DNA of 61,989 nt, counting the filler, from Vannella sp. (Eukaryota), in the NCBI GenBank assembly GCA_023345925.1. It is 6 parts of 6 records of this genome, joined end to end, with 100 filler letters (N's around TTAATTAATTAA, not from the genome) between each part and the next. Parts side by side here need not be neighbours in the genome. Positions count along the whole stretch, not along the records: positions 32,517 to 49,996 come from JAJQQN010000770.1; positions 50,097 to 61,989 come from JAJQQN010001384.1; 4 more parts are not named here. One strand, written 5' to 3'. A program made the translations under genes and the position numbers. Below the pieces are notes generated by a model. The model had not been told where the DNA came from, searched no databases, and was given only the letters and a program-made list of their open reading frames with translations. Positions 47,612-58,431 of this stretch are shown here, piece by piece. The first letter of the stretch is position 1; every line of letters begins with the position of its first letter.

Positions 47612-49996
47612 TTAGAGATCGAAGATCTCTTCGAGAGTCTCTTCCTCTTTGCTGTTGAGTTTTTCGAAAGCAGTTTTGATAATTTCAGAGTTGTTCATGT
47701 CCAGATCCATGGCAATGGTCAAAGCAGACGCTGCAGCATCTAGATTGCCCACGATCTTATAGAGTCGACCAAGTGCGTAGTAATTCGCAGCTTGTTTGGT
47801 CGCTCTCTCGTTTAGACGGACCAGGGTGGCAATGGAGTCCTTTCTTTCGTGTGAGAGATGTAAGAGATTCGAGGGGGATGGTTAAGTACCTCATATCGAC
47901 CAAGGAATGCCAATACTCTGGCTTTTTGGAAGACAGCGAGGTCATTGAAAGGGGATAACTTGATCGCTTGCTCAAGAGTGGAGAGAGCTTCTTTGTATCT
48001 GTGTTGACTTTGCATTAGCAGGGCCAGGTGGTATTTGAGAACTGAATTGCCCGGATTAATTGTGGCTGCCTTAACAAAGTGGAATTCTGCCAAATGCATT
48101 TGTTGTTGACGGTAATAGATCAACCCGAGTCCATACCAAGCATTATAGTGCTTTCCCAAAGGTCAATGTGAAGTTGGTGTGAGGAATATATCTCTTACTC
48201 GATCGTCCAGTTGAATAGCATTGCGGAAGCAGACAGCTGCCTTCTCGAGATCTTCCATGGCCATGTGCTCGTGTCCCGACAGTGTGTGAGCATAGGCAAA
48301 GCTTCCGTCCAGTTGGATGGCCTTCATCTTGTCAGTTTGTTTAGAGAAAAGAAAACTATTTTGTTACCCGTTTGAAGAGTTTAAGAGCGGTGCTGAAATC
48401 CTTTTGCAGCCCAAAGCAGTTTCCCACAACGCACCAAGCTTCTGGTGAACGCCTGTCAAATTCCACCAGCTCGTGGGCAAGATAACTCAGTTCGACAGGC
48501 TTTGGAGGATTAGAGAAGGGAGCATAACACCATTAGGCTTACTTGGTGGAGATACCAAAGTATTGTGCTGTAAAGCTCCATCCCTTCAGTTCGATAAGGC
48601 TCCATCCGGCGGACTCGTTCAAAAACCTCTTTTCCCTGAGGAGATATTTAAGAACGAATTGGAGGTAAACAGGTTCTTGGGACTCACAGTCAGATAGTCT
48701 GTCAGTTCAAGGTGAGCCCTTCCGACTTGGGTGAGAACCCAACCAGTTCGATACTGATCGTCTGACAGTGTCTTGAAGGTCTCCAAAGCTTCCCGGACTC
48801 GGAACTGACACAAGTGTTGATAAGCCACTCCAATTACTCCTAGCAGAGACAACAACAAGCGGCCTCCCTCAACCAGAGCAGAGTTGCTCACAACAACCAA
48901 ACCAGAAGGAGTTGAGAGCTCAAATGGGTCGTTCATCTGCGCTGTAGATCGACTGGCAATCGGAGTCCATTCTGTTTGGATCTGAACCTGCTCCCTGTTG
49001 GCAACAGAAGTGTCTTGGAACGATATACTTACTGCCTGTACAGGTGCAGGCCTTCTATGAGCGCGCTCAGTGATATTAGAAAGACCTTGGTCTCCCTTCT
49101 TGGGTCCTTTAGGGACTTCTGGCCCCATTCGGGTCCCTTTTGGTGACGAAATGGACTCCAAAGGAGTGCCTTCGGCCGGGAATAAGACTGCTCGGGCCGT
49201 TCTAGTGCCTTTACGTGTTGCAGCAGGCTTGGATTCATGAGGGCGCTTCGCTTGATGTCTTGGGACCTCTTCGGGACTGTGGAAAGGAACCGGTTTGCTC
49301 GCCTTGGGAGTGTCGTCGAATCCAACGGGTGCTTTGATGGGTGTAAAGCAAACGCTCTTGTTGGGAGTGATGGCGAAGGAGGACCTCTGGCTCAAGCCTG
49401 AGAGGAAGGGCGTGACGGAGGGCGAAGGGGATGGGACGTGATGGAGAGCCCCGTTGATCATCATTGGAGTAAGGAAAGGGGTGGAGCTTATCGTTCTGGA
49501 GATACTATTGTCACCTCTGATGCCTGGAGGCTTGAACCAGTCCCCTTCTTCCTCCTCCAAGTCCCAAAGAGGCTCGGAACCCACCCCAAAGAACTCCTCA
49601 CAGTCTCCATCGTACCCCAGTCGACATAGTAGAAGGTATGCTTGGATAAGGTACGGATTGAGCTTCAAAGCAGTCCGCAGGACACAGACAGCCCGCTCCT
49701 TCTGCCCTCTTCGGTGGTAGATCTGCCCCAGCAGGTACAAGCCAGCTGCTCCATTGGGTACAATCTCTTCAATGTTCTACATAAAAGGGTTAGAGCGATA
49801 AATCATGGTCTGTTGCCCCTTACTGGTGCGAGAAGGTCATCAGGGGAGTCGAGGAGTGCTGCTTCGGCTTCTTGGAAGCGGTCCAGCTCCACACAGGACA
49901 GCGCAAAGAGATAGCGGTTCTCTAGACTGCCCAAGTGAGGCTTCAAGAGAGCGTAAGACTTCTGTGGCTTTCCGGAACGAAAGAGGCACGTCGCCA
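47612..49996 (-). CDS. CDC27: Anaphase-promoting complex subunit 3 (CDC27), 5'-truncated, multi-exon
   Basis: ALKLNPYL, QYRTGWVLTQVGRAH, YSTILWYL, SPEAWCVVGNCF, FAYAHTLSGHE, HYNAWYGLGLIY TPR motifs. Confidence 0.93.
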
Positions 49997-50096
49997 NNNN
50001 NNNNNNNNNNNNNNNNNNNNNNNNNNNNNNNNNNNNNNNNTTAATTAATTAANNNNNNNNNNNNNNNNNNNNNNNNNNNNNNNNNNNNNNNNNNNN
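49997..50096. other. Artificial contig linker
   Basis: N44-TTAATTAATTAA-N44. Confidence 0.98.
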
Positions 50097-50226
50097 CGTC
50101 CAAATCAGGCCAAGTGCATCCCACCCACACCAAATGGTTTGGTGTGGCCGACCTTTTTTCGACACCGATATTTATTGGGAAGGGAAATGGCGAAGAGATT
50201 GGCATTTCACCGGGCAGGGGAGCGAC

Positions 50227-51840
50227 ATGCCGTCGGGCGCAATTCGGAAGGAACGGCGGAAGAGGAAGCCGGCATCGCAGAAGCAGATTGATGTGCCCTT
50301 CTATGCTACTATACCGTCCAGGGACTTGGAGCAACGAAAGGCGGAGGACTTGGGGGATGACGTTGAGGTGGAGTACGTGGTCCAGACCGATGTGGAAGGC
50401 TTAGAGCAACCACAGTTCTCAGAGTACGCTCAGATCCTCCAAAAGTTCAACCCCTTTGCAGGGAAGGAAGACGAGGAGAAGAAGGATAGCGAGGGGGCCG
50501 AGGAAGAGCCAAAAGAGAGCGAAGAAACGGAGGTGGTGCAGTCGAACAAGCAAAGAAAGCAGAGCAAACGCAACAAGGTGGAAGTACTCAAGCTCCTTTC
50601 AGACAACCCAGAGATGGTGGAGATCCACGACGCCAACGCAGCCTATCCTTGGTTGCTTCTGGCGCTTAAGTGCCAAAGGAACAGCGTTCCTGTCCCTCGC
50701 CACTGGTCCCAGAGGCGCAAGTACTTACAAAGCAAGAGAGGAATGGACAAGGTGTCCTACCAGCTCCCCGACTTCATCCTTGCCACTGGAATTGCCGACA
50801 TCCGCCAAGCCGTTCTGGAGAAAGAAGAAGCGCAAAAGGTCAAGTCTGCAGCACGGGATCGAGTGAAGCCTAAGACAGGGAAGATAGACATCGACTACCA
50901 CGTGCTTTACGATGCTTTCTTCCGGCATCAGACCAAACCCAACCTCTCTAACCATGGCGACGTGTACTTTGAAGGGAGGGAGTTCGAGGTGGATCTGCGC
51001 ACACGAAAGCCTGGCTTCTACTCTCCTAAGCTTCGTGAGGCGCTTGGAATGCCAGCAGAGGGCACTTCAGCGCCGCCTTGGATCGTCAACATGCAACGAT
51101 TTGGTCCTCCTCCAGCGTACCCACACCTCCGCCTTCCGGGTGTGAATGCACCCATTCCTCCAGGTGGAAAGCTTGGCAACCATACAGGAGGCTGGGGCCA
51201 GCTCCCAGTAGATCATCTGGGGAGGCCACAATGGGGAGGCCAGTGGACACAGGAACGCCCTAACCACTATCAAGAGGCCGTGGAGACCACCCCGTGGGGT
51301 ATCCTTGATGACCGTGATGAATCAGATGATGAGGGAGAGAAGGACATGGACGAAGACAACCAAGACGAGCCCTATGAGATCGAAGGTGTCGACGGAGTCC
51401 CCGCTGCCGAGCTTCATAGTGGCACTCTGAGTGTGAGTGGTCTTGAAACACCTGAATCGATAGACCTACGCAAGGCACAACAAGTCAAAGAGCCTTACAA
51501 TGGCCCTCCTCGTCAGCTATACCAGGAACTCAAGATGGAGGATGCAGCAGTTGGAAGCGAGCTGTTTGGATCACAGCACCGTTACGTCATCCCTCAAGAT
51601 GAGAGACTGGCCCTGGTGCGCGGCAACCTGGGTAAATCGGACCGAATGGAGGTCTCATTGGATCCAAACGACCTGATGGAGGTGGAAGAGGGGATCACAG
51701 AAGATCTGATCCGCAAGAGGTACGATGATACTCTACAGCTGGAGAAGACTGCCCACCGCAAAGAGGATCTCAGTGATCTTGTGGCGACCGAAGCAGCCAA
51801 GCGCCGTCGCAAGGAGAAGAAGAAGGAGTTCCGCTTCTAA
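50227..51840 (+). CDS. SF3B2: Splicing factor 3B subunit 2 (SAP145/Cus1)
   Basis: RNSVPVPRHWSQRRKYLQ, KIDIDYHVLYDAFF, HGDVYFEGRE, PSP domain PPWIVNMQRFGPPPAYPHLRLPGVNAPIP, terminal KEFRF; likely ATG 50227. Confidence 0.96.
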   Translation: MPSGAIRKERRKRKPASQKQIDVPFYATIPSRDLEQRKAEDLGDDVEVEYVVQTDVEGLEQPQFSEYAQILQKFNPFAGKEDEEKKDSEGAEEEPKESEETEVVQSNKQRKQSKRNKVEVLKLLSDNPEMVEIHDANAAYPWLLLALKCQRNSVPVPRHWSQRRKYLQSKRGMDKVSYQLPDFILATGIADIRQAVLEKEEAQKVKSAARDRVKPKTGKIDIDYHVLYDAFFRHQTKPNLSNHGDVYFEGREFEVDLRTRKPGFYSPKLREALGMPAEGTSAPPWIVNMQRFGPPPAYPHLRLPGVNAPIPPGGKLGNHTGGWGQLPVDHLGRPQWGGQWTQERPNHYQEAVETTPWGILDDRDESDDEGEKDMDEDNQDEPYEIEGVDGVPAAELHSGTLSVSGLETPESIDLRKAQQVKEPYNGPPRQLYQELKMEDAAVGSELFGSQHRYVIPQDERLALVRGNLGKSDRMEVSLDPNDLMEVEEGITEDLIRKRYDDTLQLEKTAHRKEDLSDLVATEAAKRRRKEKKKEFRF

Positions 51841-51948
51841 GGCCTCTGCTACCAATGAATCTATGAACCTATCGAAGCCACAGCGTTGGGTGAGGGTTGT
51901 TGAGGGTGGGAAGTCAGGTTTATGGAGCAGATAGGCCTGTAGAATACT

Positions 51949-52249
51949 TCAGCCACCGTCATCGTCCTCGCCCCCGGAAGCGAATAGTCCCCACACCCGT
52001 GCTCGGATCCTATGAAGGGGGCACTTAGATCTTCCACGTCAAGAACCCCTCACTCCCTTACGCGTGTAACGAGGAGCTGACCATCGGAGACGGCGCCACC
52101 CCGAAAGAGAGAGTGGAAGCCGCGGAAGGCCCCTCCCCGAGATACTCAGCACCAGCGGGTGTGAACGAAGCATACTGAAGTCCGATTACACTCGCTGAGG
52201 GTCGGACACTCTGTTGAAGCACTCTTGTGGCTCCCAAACGCCCAAACAT
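51949..52249 (-). CDS. Small (82 aa) putative mitochondrial protein, 2 exons
   Basis: MFGRLGATRVLQQSVRPSAS presequence-like start; gtaagg...catag intron 52010-52061; ends ...VWGLFASGGEDDDGG*. Confidence 0.55.
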
Positions 52250-52318
52250 AGCAGCGCCCCTCAGCCACATCCAACAAACCCCCAAGAAATGGAGGAGGAG
52301 GCACTTGCAGGCGCTTTA

Positions 52319-53411
52319 TCATCTCTTCCAAGTGTCCTCGTCGCTTCTAGACTTGACTGGTACGATGGGAGGGCTTTGCCAAAGGCCGTGCTCTTCCACT
52401 TCGTTCTGCCAGATGCGGACGGTCCCGTCATCTGAACCAGAGGCGAAGGTTCGGCCATCGGGAGCGTAGGAGACCCAATGAACAGGTCCATGGTGGCCTG
52501 TGAGGGTGTTTTGGAGGACCCCGTCCATGCCATACATCTCAACACTAAAGTTACGATGGCCTGCGACAAAGCGATCCCCAGAGGGCTCCATGGCTGCGCA
52601 GGAGACACCCGCTCCAACACTGAAGTGTAAGAGAGGGGTCATCTTTCGTGCGTTGAATAAGATAACCTCGGATTCAGTTGTTACGATGATAAAGACGCCA
52701 TCTCTCGTAATGCTCATGCTTGTTACAGTCTCAGGGCTCCCAGTTTTGCTGGGAACCTCGAACGTGGAGACAATCTCAGTCGATCGGTGGTCATAGCAAC
52801 GGAGCTGGTTGGAATCTCCACTTGCTGTGACGATCAAGTCACTGTAGAGTCCATTCCAAACGATATGCTTGATGGAATGCTCCTGAGGGGCCATCTGCTG
52901 GACCGGTACCTCTTCAACGTTCACGTCCCACACGCGGAGGATCTTCTCAAAGCCACCAGTGATGAGCTTTGTTTCATCAGGTGAGAAAAGAGCGTCCTTC
53001 ACTATCTTGTTATGCGAGTATGTCGCCTTCTGCTCCCCAGAGATGGCGTCCCAAAGCTTCCTGGACTCGTAGATGAGGATTGGCTCGTTCAAAGAAGAGG
53101 ATCGTACGAAGAATAATCTGCTGATGCAGTCACTAGGAGAGATGCGCGCTTGTTGAACTTGGCAGACCAGACCGCCCCTTTGTGACCGGCAAACGTTCCG
53201 ATCCAGTCCCCTGTCGACCCGTCTCGTAGATGGGCCTGACCATCTATTAAAGATATCAGTAGTGTATCAGAAGGAGGTGAGTGTGGTTACCCAAGCAGCC
53301 AGACACCATGTAAAAGTTCTCATCAAAGCTGTCGGTGTGCTCCACGTAGCACACAGGACGGGTGTGGCCATGACAGATCTGTGGGATCCTCTTTCGATTG
53401 AGAGTTGGCAT
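52319..53411 (-). CDS. STRAP: Serine-threonine kinase receptor-associated protein (STRAP/UNRIP), WD40, 3 exons
   Basis: ICHGHTRPV, LRDGSTGDWIGTFAGHKGAVWS, TASADYS.KLWDA, GHHGPVHWVSYAPDG..FASGSDDGTVRIW. Confidence 0.93.
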
Positions 53412-53540
53412 GAATACGGAGAAGTTGGGCACTCGGGAATGCGCCTTCCCAGCCGGGACGCTTTGTCAAGTCCTCGAGGGAGGGAGAAAGAATGAGAACG
53501 AACGAGGCTTTTACACTATTTATTGTCAGCGTATGGGAGT

Positions 53541-54941
53541 TTACACATGTTCGACACATCCGGTCACGAGCTTGCCGTCCACAATAGTGGTCTTGTACTG
53601 CTCGGGAACAGCCATCTCGATGAGGTCACCATCAGGTCCGCCGGGGATGAGGACGTTAACCTGGTCAGACTTGGAGGTAACAATCTCAGCATCAAGGCAG
53701 TCCTTGGAGAGGATGATTTGGATGGAGCTGCACTTGTCAACAGCGAAAGCGGGGACTCGGCCAGTGCACTGGATCTCAACGTTGTTGCAGTTGACGAGCT
53801 CAACGACAGCAATGCAGTTGTTGAAGACAATGCCGGACTTGTTGCATCCATCGACGCAGATAGAGTTGATCTTCTGGCCCTTGATGTTGAGGACGGTGTT
53901 GTCGTTCTTGTACAGGTAGACGGTGTGCTTGGGCTCAGTCTCGTCAATGGAAAGTTGAGCATCATCCTGGAACTCGCAAACCCACTTGTTACCCTCGAGG
54001 GCGAACTTGGGGGTTCCCTTCTTCACGGCAGCCTTCTTGACAACGGCCTTGGGGGCGGCCTTGACAACGGAGGATCTCTGAGAGGGGTCTTGGTTCTTGG
54101 TCTTCATGTCCTTGGTGACCTTCTTGAGTCCGGAAGAGATAGCAGTTCCCTTCTGGAGCTCTCCGAAGAGGGCGTTCATGTTGGGTCCAGCCTTGGCGGG
54201 AGTGACTGCAGCAGGTGGGGGAGGAGCAGGGCCACCAGCAGCGGGGGCGGAGCGAGCAGCGGGGGCAGCACCGACGTATTGGGCGGCACTCTCGCCTCCC
54301 TTCTTCCAGGCGAGGCCAGTGGTGTGGTATTGCTTGATGAAAGCGACCAGGGAGGTGAAGAAGCCCTTGATGGCGTTGATCCAGGCAATCTGGTCCTCAT
54401 TCTTACCCTTGAACTCGGTCAAGAGCTTGTTGAGGTAGAACTCAGCATTTCCCTTGAACTCGTTGGCGAAGGGGCCGGGAGTGGGGGACACAGCAACCCA
54501 GCCAAGAGCGGGGATGACCTCAGAGAGAGCAGAGAGGTGGTTCCACTGGGCGTTTCCGCGGTTGGAGTCGCGGATGGTGATGGTCTCACCAACAGCCTTG
54601 GAGGTGGCCTCCAGGAGCTTGCTGAGGGTGGCATCGTCGGGCTTGTCACACTTGCCAGCAATGTTCAGGAAGTCACGGTGAGCCTGGAGAGCGGTGTTGA
54701 AAGCAGCGACCTGGGCCTTGAGCTGTTCGTTTCCGATCTTCTGGGTGATTTCAACAACCTTGGGGATGTTCTCGCCATAGAAGGCATCGAACTCTCCAAC
54801 CCAGGCAGCACCAGCTCCGGAAGAGGCAGCAGCGGTGGAAGCACCAGCGGCGGCACCTCCCACGAGTTGTCCCTCAACCTTCTCGAGACGGTTGGTTACG
54901 GCCTCAAGGCGCTGAACGAGGTTGTTGATTGCTTGTTCCAT
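53541..54941 (-). CDS. CAP: Adenylyl cyclase-associated protein (CAP/Srv2), intronless
   Basis: LVQRLEAVTNRLE, NHLSALSE.IPALGWV, polyPro, WH2-like SGLKKVTKDMKT, CARP domain with EIVTSKS. Confidence 0.97.
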   Translation of the reverse strand: MEQAINNLVQRLEAVTNRLEKVEGQLVGGAAAGASTAAASSGAGAAWVGEFDAFYGENIPKVVEITQKIGNEQLKAQVAAFNTALQAHRDFLNIAGKCDKPDDATLSKLLEATSKAVGETITIRDSNRGNAQWNHLSALSEVIPALGWVAVSPTPGPFANEFKGNAEFYLNKLLTEFKGKNEDQIAWINAIKGFFTSLVAFIKQYHTTGLAWKKGGESAAQYVGAAPAARSAPAAGGPAPPPPAAVTPAKAGPNMNALFGELQKGTAISSGLKKVTKDMKTKNQDPSQRSSVVKAAPKAVVKKAAVKKGTPKFALEGNKWVCEFQDDAQLSIDETEPKHTVYLYKNDNTVLNIKGQKINSICVDGCNKSGIVFNNCIAVVELVNCNNVEIQCTGRVPAFAVDKCSSIQIILSKDCLDAEIVTSKSDQVNVLIPGGPDGDLIEMAVPEQYKTTIVDGKLVTGCVEHV

Positions 54942-54982
54942 TAGTGTGTGAGAAGCTAACTGTTCCGTCCAGATTCCACAGC

Positions 54983-55020
54983 TTTATACCGAGCCTTTTT
55001 GATTGGAAGCCCACCAATCA
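54983..55020 (-). promoter_or_regulatory. Putative TATA + paired CCAAT core promoter of CAP (shared with the divergent PLAC8 gene)
   Basis: TATAAA on the minus strand at 54983-54988; gattgg 55001-55006 and ccaatca 55014-55020. Confidence 0.5.
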
Positions 55021-55117
55021 GAGAAGCGTTCCTTGATATTTTGGGCTCGTTCAAAATAATGAATCCATTTAATCGCTGTTATGATTTTAAAGGTTATTTC
55101 ATTGGTATTGTGGTGTG

Positions 55118-55894
55118 ATGGAGGGGAAAGCCCCTGAGGGCATAGAAATGGACCTGTATGACGAGGATATCATGGGCATGGACCGAGGATTTGAAGATGA
55201 CCACTCTCCAATAGACTCAGGAAGAAGGTTCATCGTGCGGGAATGCGTGGAGCTCAACTGCAACTGGGGGATCGCTGGTGTGACGGGGAATGCGGGCGCT
55301 TGTTGGCAATGCAACCGACTTGAGCCTTGTTGTGGGAACCCCTGTAACGCAAAGAGTGGTATCTATTGTTGTATGAGCGTCACTGTCCTGTCATGAGACT
55401 CTCTAATGGTGAACAGGCTGTTGTATGATCTGTTGTCCTCTTTGTGTGAACGCCAGGATGCTGGCGTACTCGCTGGACCAAGAGTGTGCTTTTATCAATC
55501 ATTGTGGCCCAGTACTGCTCCTGGTGGCCGTGGCTATCATGATCTTTGGAGTTGTCTCCGTTCTCCTCTTCCTCGTGTCACCTTTCCTCCTCAGCATTGG
55601 AGTGGTGGGCTTCTTAGTCCTCTCTATGCTGAGAACTCTGATACGAAGGAACATCCGTGTCAAGTACACGGTCGGTGTCCCCACCAGCTGGATTGGGGAC
55701 TTCCTTGTAACCATCTTTTGTGATTCCTGCTCCCTCTGCCAGCAGCTACGAGCGATTCCTGTAAGAAACGAACACCCACCGTAACATACTCACCTTCCGC
55801 ATCCCTCTAGGTGGAAGGATGGGACTGGTTAGGAGGACTTCGACGATGTAGGTGTATCGATGGGGTGTCTCTCGGCCAGATCATACGGACTTAG
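55118..55894 (+). CDS. PLAC8-family Cys-rich membrane protein, 3 exons
   Basis: CCPLCVNARM, RTLIRRNIRVKY.V...IGDFLVTIFCDSCSLCQQLR; last exon ends at TAG 55892-55894. Confidence 0.8.
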
Positions 55895-55984
55895 CCAATA
55901 GCAAGCCACTCATACACTTGTAAGATTAGAGAAGAAGAGTTGGTCGCTCCGCCTTCCTGAAAGGAATCATTTGTTGGGATCGTC

Positions 55985-57409
55985 ATGTTGCGGGGAGCTC
56001 GTTCATTCAGGCGCTCGCTTTGTAGTGGTGCTCAGGTGTATAGTAGTGGGACTGTGATTCCTATGACTCACCTTACGGCGCTGGAGAGCGGAGTTCGCGT
56101 CATCACCGAGGCAAAGAGTGGGCAAACTGCAGCGATTAGCGTGGTGGTCAATACTGGCAGTGGTCATGAGAACGAGAGGAACAATGGGATAGCCCACTTC
56201 CTCGAGCATCTAGCATTCAAGGTACACCTCCTTCCATACTTCTAACAAGGCGAAACTGATGTTTGAGGGGTCAAGGGGACAACCAGAAGGACGAGGTACG
56301 ATTTAGAGCTCGAGATCGAGAACATGGGTGGATCCTTGAACGCCTTCACCTCCAGAGAGCACACGGTTTACATCGCCAAGGTCTTCAAACAGGATGTGGA
56401 AAAGGCGGTCGACATCCTCTCTGACATCCTCCAACATTCCCTCTACACTGATTCTGACATCCAATACGAGAAGGGAGTGGTCCTAAGAGAGATGCAGGAG
56501 GTAAACAAGTGCGTGGAAGAGTACGCAATGGATTGTCTTCATGAAATCGCCTTTGCTGGCTCCTCCCTGGGCTACACCATCCTTGGGCCCAAGTCTAACA
56601 TCCAAGGCTTCACTCGTGGAGCAATTGTGGACTACGTGAACTCGTACTACACGTGCAACCGCCTTGTTGTGGTAGGATCCGGGGCAGTGGACCACGAACA
56701 GTTGGTGAAACTCACAGATAAGAGCTTCAACTCTCTCCGCAAGTCCTCACCCAATGACTTGGACACCTTACCACAGCCAGAGTTCATTGGATCGTACAAG
56801 AACCTCCAATCGGACATCTCAGCCGATAACTACGGCATTCTAGCTTACGAAGGCGCCTCTTGGTCAAGCAGCGACATGATCCCCTTGTTGATCGTGCAGA
56901 CACTGATCGGGAACTACGATGTGCATACGGGTGGCTCTAATATCTTCTCCAACTTGTCTCAAAGAGCGGCTTCCCGGAGTGAGCAATGTGAACGGATCAA
57001 CTCTTTCATCACCAGCTACGACACCACCGGGCTAGTGGGATGCTGCTTTGCCACCAAATCAGACGACCCACGGTCTCTGGTTCAGAGTTTGACGGGGGAG
57101 TATGCTCGACTCGCTCAGGATATAACTCCGGAAGAGGTCGAGCGCGCAAAGCACCGGCTCAAGGTGAGCTTGTCTATCATGTACGACGGGGTTGTACCGA
57201 TTTGTGAAGATATTGGTCGTCAGCTACTGACTGTTGGGCGCCGAGTACCTCTTCAAGAGTACTTTGACCGAATTGATCTTATCGACACAGAAGTCATTCG
57301 GGATACCTGCCGTCGTCACTTTGTTGACGTTGCACCTTCCCTTGTGACCGTCGGACCAAACATGAAAGACCTCCAATATGAAGATATTCGGGCGATGACA
57401 AAACAATAA
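55985..57409 (+). CDS. PMPCB: Mitochondrial processing peptidase beta subunit-like (M16B), 2 exons
   Basis: Presequence; NNGIAHFLEHLAFKGT, EIENMGGSLNAFTSREHT, ICEDIGRQLLT.GRR; intron from 56222. Confidence 0.9.
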
Positions 57410-57654
57410 ATCCGGTCAAGTGAGAGTGTTCACTGTCCGGATTTGTTGGGCGGGGACAACTGTCGAGCAGGAGGCATCCACAGGATAGTCCACTTCGAGA
57501 GAGCGAACGAGGGGAAATGTCCTCTGCCATCTGCACAATTCCCTCCGGAAAAAAAATTAAAAAAATCTCGAAAAAGCCATGACCCAGCTTTCACCACTGA
57601 TGGAGACAGGAGTTGAATAAAGAAATCTAGGGTTCTTCTTCAATCATTATCTCC

Positions 57655-58188
57655 ACGCAAGCCATCAAGTGCGTTGTGGTTGGCCTTTTGATTTCTTACA
57701 TTTACAACTACTTCCCCACCGATTACATTCCTCCTCCGGAAATAAGCTATTCGAGCACCCTCTTGGTGGATAACAAGCCCTTCGCACTTGAAGCTTGGGA
57801 TCCCCACAGAGGAGGTTTAGAGGTCTCTGTTTCCTACCCTGGTACCGATGTGTTTTTGGCATGCTTCTCACTCATCTCCCCTGCCACTTTCGAGAACGTC
57901 ATGGCCAAGTGGTACCCCGAAATCAAGCATCACTGCCCCAACGTACCCATCCTCGTGGTCGGAACCAAGCTCGACTTGAGTGAGGACATGGACACCTGGG
58001 AGCGTCTTGCCGAGAAAAAGTTGGTTCCTATTCAACACCAACAGGGTCTCCAGCTCGCCCAGGAGATCAACTCAAGGTACTTCGAGTGCTCCGCCGTGAC
58101 TCAAAAGGGCCTTAAGGCTGTTTTCGACGAGGCTATTCGCGCAACACAACCTGCTCCTGTCCATAAGAGAGGTTGCCTGCTTCTCTAA
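57655..58188 (+). pseudogene. Rac/Rho-family GTPase-like ORF lacking the P-loop and the ATG (pseudogene or pseudo-GTPase)
   Basis: [12 protein letters not shown] followed directly by LLISY (DGAVGKTC absent); WDPHR in place of WDTAG; intact [20 protein letters not shown] and CAAX CLLL. Confidence 0.75.
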
Positions 58189-58431
58189 CTGGTGGTGCAT
58201 TCAGTTGGACAACAAACCACTTTTCATTGAGCATGTGGAGCTCCACGGGGTTCGTGTAGGCGCTTCCTCTTTGCGACTTCCTTCCGAACCTTGCAAGTGG
58301 AGAGGGATTCATTTTGAGTTTATTGTGAAGTCCATAATCGCCCAGGTCCACTGTGGTCCATCGTTGCAGAGCTTGCGCCATTCAAAAGGTTCGTCATGCC
58401 TCTTGCTTTACCAAAAATGTCTGTTGGAGAG

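Noticed and set aside
51299..51306. GTATCCTT as a U12-type 5' splice site
   Set aside because: Lies in continuous SF3B2 coding sequence (WGILDD); no intron needed
53523..54944. 473-aa plus-strand ORF antisense to CAP
   Set aside because: Mirror of a strongly codon-biased gene; no recognisable protein features
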